A DNA stretch of 64,000 nt from Thermoleophilales bacterium (GCA_020636955.1 JACJWY010000010.1:20716-84715), one strand, 5' to 3'; positions 35,093 through 43,698 are shown, numbered from the stretch's first letter. Numbers and translations: made by a program. The notes: generated from the sequence alone by a model not told the origin.

Positions 35093-37594
35093 TCAGGCCG
35101 GCTTGACGACCAGGTTGACCAGCTTGCCGGGGACCACGATCTCCTTCACGATGGTCATCCCCTCGAGGTGACGGGCCACATTCCCGGCCGACTTGGCTGC
35201 GGCGAGGATCTCTTCGTCGGGAGCGCCGTCGGCCACTTCGATCCGGTCGCGGACCTTGCCGCCGACCTGGACCACGATTGTCACCGTCTCCGACTTGAGA
35301 AGTTCCGGATCGGCCTCCGGCCAGGCGGCTTCCCAGACCCGCTGGCCGGTCACCTTCTCGTAGACCTCGGCAGCCAGGTGAGGGGCGAAGGGCTGGATCA
35401 GCGAGGCCGCAGTGGCAGTGGCGAACCGCAGCGACTCCGTTCCGTCACCACCGGCGGAAAGCAGACCGTCCTTGACCCGGTAGATCTCGTTGACCAGTTC
35501 CATCACCGCGGCGATCACGGTGTTGAACTGGAAGCCGCGATTGAAATCCGAGGTCGCCTTGTCGATCGCCCAATGGGCCTTTGCGGCAACTTCGCGGGCT
35601 TCTCCCTCCAGTCCGTCGGGCAGCGCCACCGGCCGGGTCGGACCGGATGCCGACAATTCGTCGCCGAGACGCCAGAGCCGGGCCAGAAAGCGATGGACAC
35701 CCTCCACCCCCTCGTCGGTCCAGTCTCCGGAGCGCTCGGGCGGACCCATGAAGCAGACATATGTCCGGGCGGCATCGGCACCGTGGCGGGCGACGATCTC
35801 CGACGGGCTGACCGTGTTCCCCTTCGACTTCGACATCTTCGCCCCGTCGCGGGTGATCATCCCCTGCGTGAAGAGGTTTGCGAACGGTTCGACCACGCCG
35901 AGGTGCCCCATGTCCTTCAGTGCCTTGGTGAAGAAGCGGGCATACATCAGGTGGAGAATGGCGTGCTCGACCCCGCCGATGTACTGGTCGACCGGCATCC
36001 AGTGGTCGGAAGCCGAACGGTCCCAGGCCGCGTCCGCACTGCCGGGATCCAGGTAGCGCAGGAAATACCAGGATGAATCGACGAAGGTGTCCATCGTGTC
36101 GGTCTCGCGCTCTGCCGCGGCACCGCACTGCGGGCAGCTCGTGGCCACCCAGTCCGTGGCAGCTGCCAGCGGACTCTTGCCCTTCGGCGCGTAATCGTCG
36201 ATCTCCGGCAGCCGGACAGGCAGCTGGTCCTCCGGCACCGGGACCATGCCGCACTGTTCGCAATAGACGATCGGGATCGGAGCACCCCAGTAACGCTGCC
36301 TCGATACCAGCCAGTCGCGGAGGCGGAAGTTGACGGAAGCATCGCCGCGACCCTCCAGTTTCAGCCAGTCGACAATCTGCGCGTAGGCCTCGCGGTTGTT
36401 CATCCCGTCAAACCGGCCGGAGCCGGTCATCGGCCCGTCGCCAGCATAGGGCAGCCCGCTGGCGTCTCCCCCATCCTCCGGCTCGCCCTCGATCACCCGC
36501 TTCACCGGCAGATCGAATACTTTCGCGAACTCATAGTCGCGCTGATCGTGGCCGGGCACCGCCATGATCGCCCCGGTGCCGTAGTCCATCAGCACGTAGT
36601 CGGCGACGAACATCGGAATCTCCTCGCCGTTGACCGGATTGGTCACCGTGTGACCCAACGGCACACCGGTCTTTGGCCGGCCCTCGTCACCACGTTCGGC
36701 GACCGATTCGCGTGCGACCGAATTGACGTATTCCCGGACCTCGTCCTCGACCTCGGTGCCGTCGATCAATCGGTCCAGGTCGGGGTGCTCCGGCGCCATC
36801 ACGAAGAAGGTGGCCCCGAAGAGCGTGTCGGGCCGGGTCGTGAAGACGGGGAAATCGAGGTTGGCCGCTTCGCAACGGAACGTCACCTCGGCCCCCTCGG
36901 AGCGGCCGATCCAGTTGCGCTGCATGGTGACCACATGGGGCGGCCAGGATTCAAGTTCGTCGAAGTCGTCGAGCAGTTGCTGGGCGTATGCGGTCGTCTT
37001 GAAGAACCACTGCCGGAGATTTCGGGTCTCGACCTCGGTCCCGCAGCGTTCACAGCGGCCGTCGACAACCTGCTCGTTGGCCAGCACCGTCGCGTCCTTA
37101 GGGCACCACTGGACCGGAGCCTGGGTCCGGTAGGCGAGCCCGCGCTCGAAGAGCTGCAGAAAGATCCACTGGGTCCAGCGGTAGTACTCGGGAGTGTGAG
37201 TGGCCAGCTCGCGCGACCAGTCGATCGAGACCCCCCAGTCCGCGAACTGCCGTCGAAAGGATTCGATCGACCTTTCGGTGGCAACCAGCGGCGGCTCGCC
37301 GGTCTTGATCGCGTTGTTTTCGGCTGGCAGGCCGAAGGAATCGAAGCCCATCGGGTGGATCACCTCGAAGCCGTTTCGGCGCCGGAAATGAGCGATCGCG
37401 TCACCGAGCGAATAGCACTTCAGATGTCCGACATGGGGCTCGCCCGAGGGGTAAGGAAGCATCTCGAGCACGTAGCTCTTGGGCTTGGCCGGGTCGAAGC
37501 CCTCCCGACCCGGGTTCGGCACCTCCCAGGTGCCTTCTTCGGCCCAGACCTGCTGCCATTTGCCCTCGATTTCACGAGGTTCGTAGCGACTCAT
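35093..37594 (-). CDS. leuS: Leucine--tRNA ligase
   Basis: ORF trimmed to ATG 37594 (MSRYEPREIEGKWQQVW). The HIGH-region motif is PYPSGEPHVGH. The KMSKS motif is present. Confidence 0.98.
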   Translation of the reverse strand: MSRYEPREIEGKWQQVWAEEGTWEVPNPGREGFDPAKPKSYVLEMLPYPSGEPHVGHLKCYSLGDAIAHFRRRNGFEVIHPMGFDSFGLPAENNAIKTGEPPLVATERSIESFRRQFADWGVSIDWSRELATHTPEYYRWTQWIFLQLFERGLAYRTQAPVQWCPKDATVLANEQVVDGRCERCGTEVETRNLRQWFFKTTAYAQQLLDDFDELESWPPHVVTMQRNWIGRSEGAEVTFRCEAANLDFPVFTTRPDTLFGATFFVMAPEHPDLDRLIDGTEVEDEVREYVNSVARESVAERGDEGRPKTGVPLGHTVTNPVNGEEIPMFVADYVLMDYGTGAIMAVPGHDQRDYEFAKVFDLPVKRVIEGEPEDGGDASGLPYAGDGPMTGSGRFDGMNNREAYAQIVDWLKLEGRGDASVNFRLRDWLVSRQRYWGAPIPIVYCEQCGMVPVPEDQLPVRLPEIDDYAPKGKSPLAAATDWVATSCPQCGAAAERETDTMDTFVDSSWYFLRYLDPGSADAAWDRSASDHWMPVDQYIGGVEHAILHLMYARFFTKALKDMGHLGVVEPFANLFTQGMITRDGAKMSKSKGNTVSPSEIVARHGADAARTYVCFMGPPERSGDWTDEGVEGVHRFLARLWRLGDELSASGPTRPVALPDGLEGEAREVAAKAHWAIDKATSDFNRGFQFNTVIAAVMELVNEIYRVKDGLLSAGGDGTESLRFATATAASLIQPFAPHLAAEVYEKVTGQRVWEAAWPEADPELLKSETVTIVVQVGGKVRDRIEVADGAPDEEILAAAKSAGNVARHLEGMTIVKEIVVPGKLVNLVVKPA

Positions 37595-37602
37595 CGGCGC
37601 TG

Positions 37603-37608
37603 AGTCTA
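37603..37608 (-). promoter_or_regulatory. Candidate -10 hexamer TAGACT, 8 nt upstream of the leuS ATG
   Basis: The minus strand reads GGAAATAGACTCAGCGCCGATG. Confidence 0.35.
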
Positions 37609-37662
37609 TTTCCCGGGGGTCCCGAGCGAGGCTGAGAGACAGGTGCAGCGGCCTCGGCGAAC

Positions 37663-37707
37663 CGAGATGGCAGAAGTCAGTCAATGCGACTGACTTCTGC
37701 CATCTCG
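37663..37707. terminator. Perfect 20-bp stem, 5-nt loop hairpin between the dioxygenase gene and leuS
   Basis: The sequence CGAGATGGCAGAAGTCAGTC-AATGC-GACTGACTTCTGCCATCTCG was checked base by base. It lies 14 nt after the dioxygenase stop. There is no U-tract on either side. Confidence 0.6.
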
Positions 37708-37720
37708 AATCATTCAGAAA

Positions 37721-38713
37721 TCAGGGACGCCACTGTGTGACGTCGGGGATCGGGCGGAGGTTCGGCTCGACCTGCTCGCGGACCGGTTCGAAATCGGGCG
37801 GCAGAGAGAGCCGTTCGCCAAGGTGCTCCGGCTCTTCGTCGGTGGCGAAGCCCGGCCCGATCGTCGCCAGCTCGAAGAGGATGCCGCCCGGCTCGCGGAA
37901 GTAGAGCGCCTTGAAATAGAACCGGTCGATCACCGGGGTGATGTAGAGGCCGGTCGCGGCGACCTTTTCCCGCCATCCCGGGTGCTGCCCGAGCGACGAA
38001 GCCCAGGCGATGTGATGGACGGTGCCGGCGCCGGGGATCGCCCGGTCAGCCGGTGGTTCGTCGAGGAAGTAGAAGCCGTTGCGGGCCTCGTATCCGGCTC
38101 CGGGCTCTCCGGTCAGGTGCCAGGCGTCTTCGCCTTCATCGACGAATCCGAGCACCAGTTCGAGCACCTGGCGTGAAACCTCGGGGTTCCCGGAGAAGGC
38201 CCGGGCGCCGTGGAAACCCTGAATCGCGTGCTCGACCGGGACATCGACATGGGCCGCGGTCAGGGGGGCATCGGGGCCGTCGTACACGAGCAATTCGTGG
38301 GTCAGTCCTTCCGGGTCCCGGAACATCAGGGTGTCACCCCCACCGGTCGGGCCAACCCCGTGGAATCCTGCCTCTTCGTCGGAAGAGCGGACGCTACCGA
38401 CCCCGGCTTCGCCGAGCCGCCCGGCCCAGTAATCGAGCGATCCGGACGAGCCGACCCGCCAGAGAATGCGGTGGATCATCCCTGCGCCGGCGCGACCTTC
38501 ACGGCTGCCCGGATATTCGAAGAAGGTCAGATCGAAGCCCGGAGTCCCCTTCTCGTCTCCGTAGAAGAGGTGGTAGACCGACGGGTCATCCTGGTTGACC
38601 GTCTTCTTGACCAGCCTCATGCCGAGCAGGCCGGCATAGAACTCGACATTTCCCGGCGCATCGCCGGTAATGCAGCTGATGTGATGGACGCCGTTCAGGC
38701 TCAGATCGGTCAT
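37721..38713 (-). CDS. VOC-family ring-cleaving dioxygenase (MhqO/MhqA-like)
   Basis: ORF trimmed to ATG 38713 (MTDLSLNGVHHISCITGDAPGNVEFYAGLLGMRLVKKTVNQDD). It has two glyoxalase/VOC repeats. Confidence 0.85.
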   Translation of the reverse strand: MTDLSLNGVHHISCITGDAPGNVEFYAGLLGMRLVKKTVNQDDPSVYHLFYGDEKGTPGFDLTFFEYPGSREGRAGAGMIHRILWRVGSSGSLDYWAGRLGEAGVGSVRSSDEEAGFHGVGPTGGGDTLMFRDPEGLTHELLVYDGPDAPLTAAHVDVPVEHAIQGFHGARAFSGNPEVSRQVLELVLGFVDEGEDAWHLTGEPGAGYEARNGFYFLDEPPADRAIPGAGTVHHIAWASSLGQHPGWREKVAATGLYITPVIDRFYFKALYFREPGGILFELATIGPGFATDEEPEHLGERLSLPPDFEPVREQVEPNLRPIPDVTQWRP

Positions 38714-38719
38714 GGGTCC

Positions 38720-38725
38720 AAGATA
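38720..38725 (-). promoter_or_regulatory. Candidate -10 hexamer TATCTT, 6 nt upstream of ATG 38713
   Basis: The minus strand reads GGGTATCTTGGACCCATG. Confidence 0.35.
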
Positions 38726-38750
38726 CCCGGCCACTGTCTTCGTTCCGGGA

Positions 38751-38756
38751 TAGCAT
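38751..38756 (+). promoter_or_regulatory. Candidate -10 hexamer TAGCAT, 6 nt upstream of ATG 38763
   Basis: The plus strand reads GGGATAGCATCCGGGCATG. It forms a divergent leaderless pair with the dioxygenase gene. Confidence 0.35.
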
Positions 38757-38762
38757 CCGGGC

Positions 38763-39209
38763 ATGGGAATTCTTGAAGCTTCGCGCGTCGTCGAGATCGA
38801 CGCCCCCAAGTCCGAGTGCTACGCGATCATCGCCGACCTTCCTTCAACTCCGGAATGGCAGGAATCGATGATCTCGCTTGAAGTCATCGAGACCAATACA
38901 GAAGGGCTCGCGTCGCTGGTCGAGATCAAGTCGGACGGCAAGGTGAAGGAAGTCACCTCGCGAATCGCCTTCGAATATCAGCCCGAGGAAGGCATGAGCT
39001 GGGAACAGAAGAAAGGCGACATGAAGTGGCTCAAGGGAACCTGGACCCTGGAGGAGATCGACGGCGGCAAAACCAGGGCCACCTACTGGCTGAAGGCCGA
39101 CACCGGCCGCATGCTGGGGCTCCTGATCAAGGGACCGGTTCAGGACAAGCTGAAGGAATGGCTGACCAAGGACGCGGCCGAGGGCCTGAAGGCACGCGCC
39201 GAGAGCTAG
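38763..39209 (+). CDS. SRPBCC (START/polyketide-cyclase-like) family protein
   Basis: 148-aa ORF. The length and the beta-rich then C-terminal-helix pattern are typical. This is a family-level call only. Confidence 0.7.
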   Translation: MGILEASRVVEIDAPKSECYAIIADLPSTPEWQESMISLEVIETNTEGLASLVEIKSDGKVKEVTSRIAFEYQPEEGMSWEQKKGDMKWLKGTWTLEEIDGGKTRATYWLKADTGRMLGLLIKGPVQDKLKEWLTKDAAEGLKARAES

Positions 39210-39258
39210 CCGGCGGCGGAGTACGCGCCGGGAGCCAGCCAGTGGCGGATCCCGAACG

Positions 39259-39310
39259 TCAGGCCGCGGGAACCTGCTGGGTGATCAGGCCGCGGGGATC
39301 TGCTGGGTGA
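39259..39310. repeat. 26-bp tandem duplication (24/26 identical) covering the aguA stop codon and last 7 codons
   Basis: Unit 1 is 39259-39284 (TCAGGCCGCGGGAACCTGCTGGGTGA). Unit 2 is 39285-39310 (TCAGGCCGCGGGGATCTGCTGGGTGA). Confidence 0.85.
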
Positions 39311-40274
39311 TGCAGTGGATACCGCCCCCGCCGAGCGCGAGGGTGCGGCCATCGATACCGATTGCCTCCCGGTCGGGATAAAGGCGCCCGAGCAGCTCCA
39401 GGGCCTGGGCGTCCATGTCCGGGTCGGTTCCGCTGACCGGCACGATCAGGGCTCCGTTTGCGATGTAGAAGTTCGTGTACGGCACCACCACTGACTCGCC
39501 GTCATTGTCGATCCGGGGCAGCAGGTCGAGTTCGACCACTTCGATTCCGGCCTCGGCCAGGCGCCCGGCGTTTTCGCGCGCAGCGGACAGATTCGGGTCG
39601 CCGTCGGGCGCCGACTGAAGAAGCACCTTTCCTTCCTCGATGAAGGCACAGATGTTGTCGACGTGGCCGTCGGTGTCTTCGTCCTCGACCAGCCCCTGGC
39701 CGAGCCAGACGAAAGACCCGACATCGAGCTTCGAGGCCAGCTCGGCTTCGATCTCGCTCTTGTCAAGGAGCGGGTTCCGGTTCGGATTGAGCAGGCATTG
39801 CTCGGTGGTGATAAGGGTTCCCTTGCCATTGACGGCGATCGATCCGCCTTCGAGGACCAGGGACGAACCGATCCTCTCGATTCCCAGGTGATCAAGGATC
39901 CGGGCGGCGATGGCAGCATCGTTTTCATAGGGGAGAAATGACTCGCCCCAGGAATTGAAGGTGAAGTCCACCCCTGCCCTGCGTCCACTGCCGGTGACGA
40001 TGATCGGACCCGAATCCCGCAGCCACGAATCGTCGATCGGCGCCTCGAAAATCTCCACGTTTTCCGCGGGCACCCTCCGCCTGGCATCTGCGGCGCTCTC
40101 GGGATGAACGACCAGGAGGACCGGTTCGAATTCCGCTATCGCCGCCACGACTTCGGTGTGGGTGTCCCGCGCTTCGTCGATGGTCGTGCCCCGCCAGGCT
40201 TCGCTTCGTTGCGGCCAGGCGACGAGGGTCATCTCATGTGGCGCCCATTCCGCGGGCATCTTGAGTTCAGCCAT
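39285..40274 (-). CDS. aguA: Agmatine deiminase family protein (PAD_porph)
   Basis: ORF trimmed to ATG 40274 (MAELKMPAEWAPHEMTLVAWP). The C-terminal catalytic-Cys motif GGGGIHCITQQ is present. Confidence 0.88.
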   Translation of the reverse strand: MAELKMPAEWAPHEMTLVAWPQRSEAWRGTTIDEARDTHTEVVAAIAEFEPVLLVVHPESAADARRRVPAENVEIFEAPIDDSWLRDSGPIIVTGSGRRAGVDFTFNSWGESFLPYENDAAIAARILDHLGIERIGSSLVLEGGSIAVNGKGTLITTEQCLLNPNRNPLLDKSEIEAELASKLDVGSFVWLGQGLVEDEDTDGHVDNICAFIEEGKVLLQSAPDGDPNLSAARENAGRLAEAGIEVVELDLLPRIDNDGESVVVPYTNFYIANGALIVPVSGTDPDMDAQALELLGRLYPDREAIGIDGRTLALGGGGIHCITQQIPAA

Positions 40275-40281
40275 CGGTCCG

Positions 40282-40287
40282 ATTGTA
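40282..40287 (-). promoter_or_regulatory. Candidate -10 hexamer TACAAT, 7 nt upstream of the aguA ATG
   Basis: The minus strand reads CCCAAATACAATCGGACCGATG. Confidence 0.45.
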
Positions 40288-40351
40288 TTTGGGTTGTGGA
40301 CCGGACCTGACCAGTGGTACCTTGCCCGGTGAAAAGCCAGGAAAGGGAGCC

Positions 40352-40864
40352 ATGGAATCAGCAAGCCTTGAACGCCGAATCAGGTTCGGTCTCATTGCCG
40401 TCCTCGCGGCAACAGCCATCTTCACCGCCTTCGCGATGTCCCCCGGAACGCCGGGCGGCGAGGCCAAACCGGCCGCAGCCGCGACCAAGACCGGTGTCCT
40501 CAAGGGATGGCCGTCACGGAAGCGCCTCGCGACCGAATTTCTGCGGCTGCTGAAGAACGAGGATGTGCCCGGCCTGAGGCGGTTCCTAGATCCGGCCTTC
40601 CTGCTCCAGCGGGGTGACGGCAGTTACCTGACCAAGTCCGAATACCTGAAGGACCCCTCAGCCGTCTACGCATTCCAGGTGCGCAACATCGTCGCCACCC
40701 ACAACGGCGACGTACGGGTGATCCGGTTCGAAGCGAAGACCGACCAGATCGTCAACGGCAATCAGGTCCCGGGAGTGTGGATCCCGCGCCTCTCGACCTT
40801 CAAGAAGACCGGCAAGGTCTGGCGACTGATCGCCCACGCCAACTTCCTTCCGCCGACCACCTAG
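40352..40864 (+). CDS. Secreted NTF2-like/SnoaL-like (DUF4440-like) protein
   Basis: ORF trimmed to ATG 40352, preceded by GAAAGGGAG. A signal-like segment IAVLAATAIFTAFAMSP is present. The family call rests on size and pattern only. Confidence 0.6.
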   Translation: MESASLERRIRFGLIAVLAATAIFTAFAMSPGTPGGEAKPAAAATKTGVLKGWPSRKRLATEFLRLLKNEDVPGLRRFLDPAFLLQRGDGSYLTKSEYLKDPSAVYAFQVRNIVATHNGDVRVIRFEAKTDQIVNGNQVPGVWIPRLSTFKKTGKVWRLIAHANFLPPTT

Positions 40865-40893
40865 CCCGGACATACTCCGACGTCGTCACCTTG

Positions 40894-40913
40894 CCCGACG
40901 CCACAGCGTCGGG
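40894..40913 (+). terminator. Hairpin CCCGACG-CCACAG-CGTCGGG, 30 nt after the stop of the NTF2-like gene
   Basis: Read directly. It is followed by TGGTGG, so there is no clear U-tract. Confidence 0.4.
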
Positions 40914-40940
40914 TGGTGGCTGACTCGCCTGGAGTCGGTT

Positions 40941-41220
40941 GTCACGCCGTGGGGGTTGGTATGCGTCCCCGGGGCCCTTGGACTCGCTCCGCTCGTCCGC
41001 GGGGAGTTCCCCGGGGACGCATACCAACCCCCACGGCTACACCAACCCTGCTCCCGGCCCCGGATCCGAGACCCGGGCCCGCAATCCCGGATTCGGGACG
41101 AAGGTGCCGCCAGCCCTGAGCGAACCGACCCGGCGCTCCAAGGCAGGCTCCCGCGACTTCACAAACCCTTCAGCGGGTCGTGCACAGGGGCCTCCAGCCG
41201 TGCGCTGCCGAGGAGGCAAG
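40941..41220. repeat. Dispersed structured repeat, copy B (perfect 26-bp inverted arms 40949-40974 and 41009-41034; ~100-nt insertion relative to copy A; second conserved block 41152-41220)
   Basis: The arms GTGGGGGTTGGTATGCGTCCCCGGGG and CCCCGGGGACGCATACCAACCCCCAC are exact reverse complements. The orientation is the same as copy A. Confidence 0.85.
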
Positions 41221-41351
41221 CGAAGGCGGAGAAGGGGGCGTACTGGAAGTACGTTCCCGAACCGTCGAACGACCGACGAAGGCAACGCGCGGGTGGTGTG
41301 TCCTGGGCGCGTGGCCCGGGCTCTGCGCACGATGCCCGGGCGAGTTGCGAG

Positions 41352-41424
41352 TGGAGCTGAGGGGGATCGAACCCCTGACCTCCGCCATGCCATGGCGGCG
41401 CTCTTCCAGCTGAGCTACAGCCCC
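41352..41424 (-). tRNA. tRNA-Ala (anticodon GGC)
   Basis: The reverse complement is GGGGCTGTAGCTCAGCTGGAAGAGCGCCGCCATGGCATGGCGGAGGTCAGGGGTTCGATCCCCCTCAGCTCCA. It folds as a 73-nt cloverleaf with anticodon loop AT-GGC-AT, the G3:U70 Ala identity pair and T-loop TTCGATC. CCA is not encoded. Confidence 0.93.
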
Positions 41425-41449
41425 AGAGGGACGAAGGAGTTTACCGGGA

Positions 41450-41848
41450 TCAGGCGGCCGAGGCGGACTTAGCCTCGGGCTGGTCGAGGCCCAGGTCGAG
41501 CCGTGGAGCCTCGTGCCACAGATCCTCGAGGTCGTAGCGTTGCCGGGCTTCGTCAGTGAAGATATGCAGGACGCAGTCGAGATAGTCGAGCACCGTCCAG
41601 CCGACATCACCCGAACGGTCGGGGTTGACCGGCAGCAGCGACTGATCCTGCTTCAGGCGCAGATGGACATCTTCGGCGATCGCTTCCGCCTGTCGTTCGT
41701 TGCGGGCGGTGCAGATAACCAGGTAGTCGGTGTAGGTGACAAGTTCACGCATGTCGAGACAGACGATGCCCTCGCCGAGCTTGTCGTCCGCCAGTCGGGC
41801 AATCTCCCGACTCAGATCTTCACTGCTTGCTGCCATACAGATCCCCAT
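41450..41848 (-). CDS. rsfS: Ribosome silencing factor RsfS (iojap/YbeB)
   Basis: Motifs TDYLVICTARNERQAEAIAE and VLDYLDCVLHIF are present. The start may be the Met at 41836. Confidence 0.9.
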   Translation of the reverse strand: MGICMAASSEDLSREIARLADDKLGEGIVCLDMRELVTYTDYLVICTARNERQAEAIAEDVHLRLKQDQSLLPVNPDRSGDVGWTVLDYLDCVLHIFTDEARQRYDLEDLWHEAPRLDLGLDQPEAKSASAA

Positions 41849-42425
41849 TGTCGATCATTTCCGCCACCCCTTGCGGTACGAGATGTTTCCAGGGGCGCCC
41901 GGAGGCGACCCGTTCCCTGACCAGGGTCGAGGAAACCTCGACCCTCGGCATTTCGAAGAAATCGAGCCGGTCCAGAGCCCCCAGACCTTCGAATACTTCC
42001 GCGACAGCTTCGCGTGCGACCTCCGACCGGGGGGCCACAGCGAACCGAGCCAGTTCCAGCACCCGATCCGGCCGATGCCACTCCCACAGCCCGAGCGCGG
42101 CATCTGAGCCCGAGAGGAAGGTGATCTGGCTGTCCGGATTCGAAGTGTGGATCTCCTCAAGGGTGTCACATGTGTAGGACGGACCTTCCCGGTCGACTTC
42201 GACCGCCGAGACTTCAACCCGCTCCAGCCCGCCGAAAGCGGCTTCGGCCAGAGCCATTCGCACCCCCGCCGGTGGCGATCCCGCGGAACTCTTGTGCCAG
42301 GCCTCGCCGGTCGGCACCACAATTGTCCGGTCGAGCGACAGGCGCCACTGAGCTTCGGCCAGCAGGATCTGATGACCGATCGTCGGCGGGTTGAACGAGG
42401 AGCCGAAAACCCCGATCCGGGTCAC
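41820..42425 (-). CDS. nadD: Nicotinate-nucleotide adenylyltransferase
   Basis: Motif GVFGSSFNPPTIGHQ (GxFxPxHxGH) and the C-terminal SSTLVRE motif are present. Confidence 0.93.
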   Translation of the reverse strand: MTRIGVFGSSFNPPTIGHQILLAEAQWRLSLDRTIVVPTGEAWHKSSAGSPPAGVRMALAEAAFGGLERVEVSAVEVDREGPSYTCDTLEEIHTSNPDSQITFLSGSDAALGLWEWHRPDRVLELARFAVAPRSEVAREAVAEVFEGLGALDRLDFFEMPRVEVSSTLVRERVASGRPWKHLVPQGVAEMIDNGDLYGSKQ

Positions 42426-42426
42426 G

Positions 42427-43692
42427 TCAGCCGCGAACCTGGCCTTCGCCCCGGGCCACGTACTTGATTGTGGTCAGCTCGCGAAGGCCAACCGGCCCAC
42501 GGGCGTGAAGCTTCTGGGTGGAAATGCCGATTTCCGCACCCATCCCGAAGACGAATCCATCGGTGAATCGAGTCGAGGCGTTCACGTATACGGCAGCGGA
42601 GTCGACCCCCTGGACAAAAACATCCGCAGCCTGGGGATTGTCGGTGACTATCGCGTCCGAATGTCCGCTGCCATGCCGGTCAATGTGATCGATCGCTTCT
42701 TCGATTCCGTCAACCACCCTGACCGCCAGCTTCAGGTCCAGGTACTCGGTGTCCCAGTCTTCCGGAGTTGCCTCTCCCACGGGGGTGTCGCCAGAGTTTT
42801 CGCGAGCACGGGCATCGCCGAAAAGCTCCACTCCCCCCTCGGCCAGTTCGGCGAGGGCCGGCGGCAGGAACGCGGCGGCCACCCCGGAATCAACCAGCAG
42901 GGTTTCGGCCGCGTTGCAGACGCCGGGGCGCTGGATCTTCGAGTTGTATGCCACCGCCCGGGCCATCTCCAGGTTCGCGTCCGAATGCACGTACACGTGG
43001 CAGATCCCCGCCGCGGCATAAATCACCGGGACGGTCGCTACTTCTTCGATGCTCTGCTTCAAACCTTCGCCACCCCGGGGGATCAGCAGGTCGACCACTC
43101 CGTCCTGGGTCGCCAGATCGGCGATCGCCTCACGGCCTCCCCCGACCGACATGACAACGCCGTCCACGGGAAGTCCCGCTTCGCGCAGGCCGGCCCGGAC
43201 CACCGCCGCGAGGGCGGCATTGGTCCGTTCGGCGTAGCTTGATCCCTTCAGGAGCAGCGAATTGCCGGACTTGATCGTCAGGGCAGCGCAATCCACGGTC
43301 ACGTTGGGCCGGGCCTCATAGACAACCGCCACAACGCCCAGGGGGACGCGGATCTTGCTGAGCTTCACCCCGTTCTCCAGGGTGCCGGATTCAAGAACCT
43401 CCCCGACCGGGTCATCGAGCGAAGCCACTTCCCTGACTCCGGCCGCCATCGCTTCGATTCGCTGCGGGGTGAGCGTAAGCCGGTCGGTCAATGCCTTGGT
43501 CAGATCCCGGGCGCGCTCGTCCGCGAGGTCCGCGGCGTTTGCGTCGAGAATTTCCTGGACCGAATCACCGAGGCCGCTGGCGATCGATTCCAGCGCCCGG
43601 TTCTTCACCGCAGTCGGCGCGGCAGCCATTGCCCGGGCGGCATCCTTCGCGGCAAGCGTGTCGGCGGTGATGTCGGCGGTGGTCATTTCCAT
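42427..43692 (-). CDS. proA: Glutamate-5-semialdehyde dehydrogenase
   Basis: ORF trimmed to ATG 43692. It is an aldehyde dehydrogenase-type protein with catalytic Cys context AAGICHV/CNAAETLLV and C-terminal LTTIKYV. Confidence 0.95.
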   Translation of the reverse strand: MEMTTADITADTLAAKDAARAMAAAPTAVKNRALESIASGLGDSVQEILDANAADLADERARDLTKALTDRLTLTPQRIEAMAAGVREVASLDDPVGEVLESGTLENGVKLSKIRVPLGVVAVVYEARPNVTVDCAALTIKSGNSLLLKGSSYAERTNAALAAVVRAGLREAGLPVDGVVMSVGGGREAIADLATQDGVVDLLIPRGGEGLKQSIEEVATVPVIYAAAGICHVYVHSDANLEMARAVAYNSKIQRPGVCNAAETLLVDSGVAAAFLPPALAELAEGGVELFGDARARENSGDTPVGEATPEDWDTEYLDLKLAVRVVDGIEEAIDHIDRHGSGHSDAIVTDNPQAADVFVQGVDSAAVYVNASTRFTDGFVFGMGAEIGISTQKLHARGPVGLRELTTIKYVARGEGQVRG

Positions 43693-43698
43693 TGGACA

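Noticed and set aside
37595-37662. T-box riboswitch in the leuS leader, or a trp attenuator upstream of trpE
   Set aside because: The leuS upstream region is too short and lacks the T-box consensus or a specifier loop. trpE starts inside hisIE, so no leader exists.
14671-41220. A genomic island bounded by the two direct copies of the repeat, with tRNA-Ala at one end
   Set aside because: The 26 kb between the copies is core housekeeping in ancestral order (era, dnaJ, lepA, murJ, rpsT, holA, leuS). There is no integrase and no tRNA fragment duplication.
40865-41351. A known structured RNA (tmRNA, RNase P RNA, SRP RNA or 6S) in the 487-nt non-coding tract next to tRNA-Ala
   Set aside because: I could not find their hallmark motifs on either strand: the RNase P GGAAAGUCCGG-type P4, the tmRNA tRNA-like ends and tag ORF, or the SRP GGAA/AGCA domain IV. 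A second partial copy at 14.7 kb also argues against a single-copy essential RNA.
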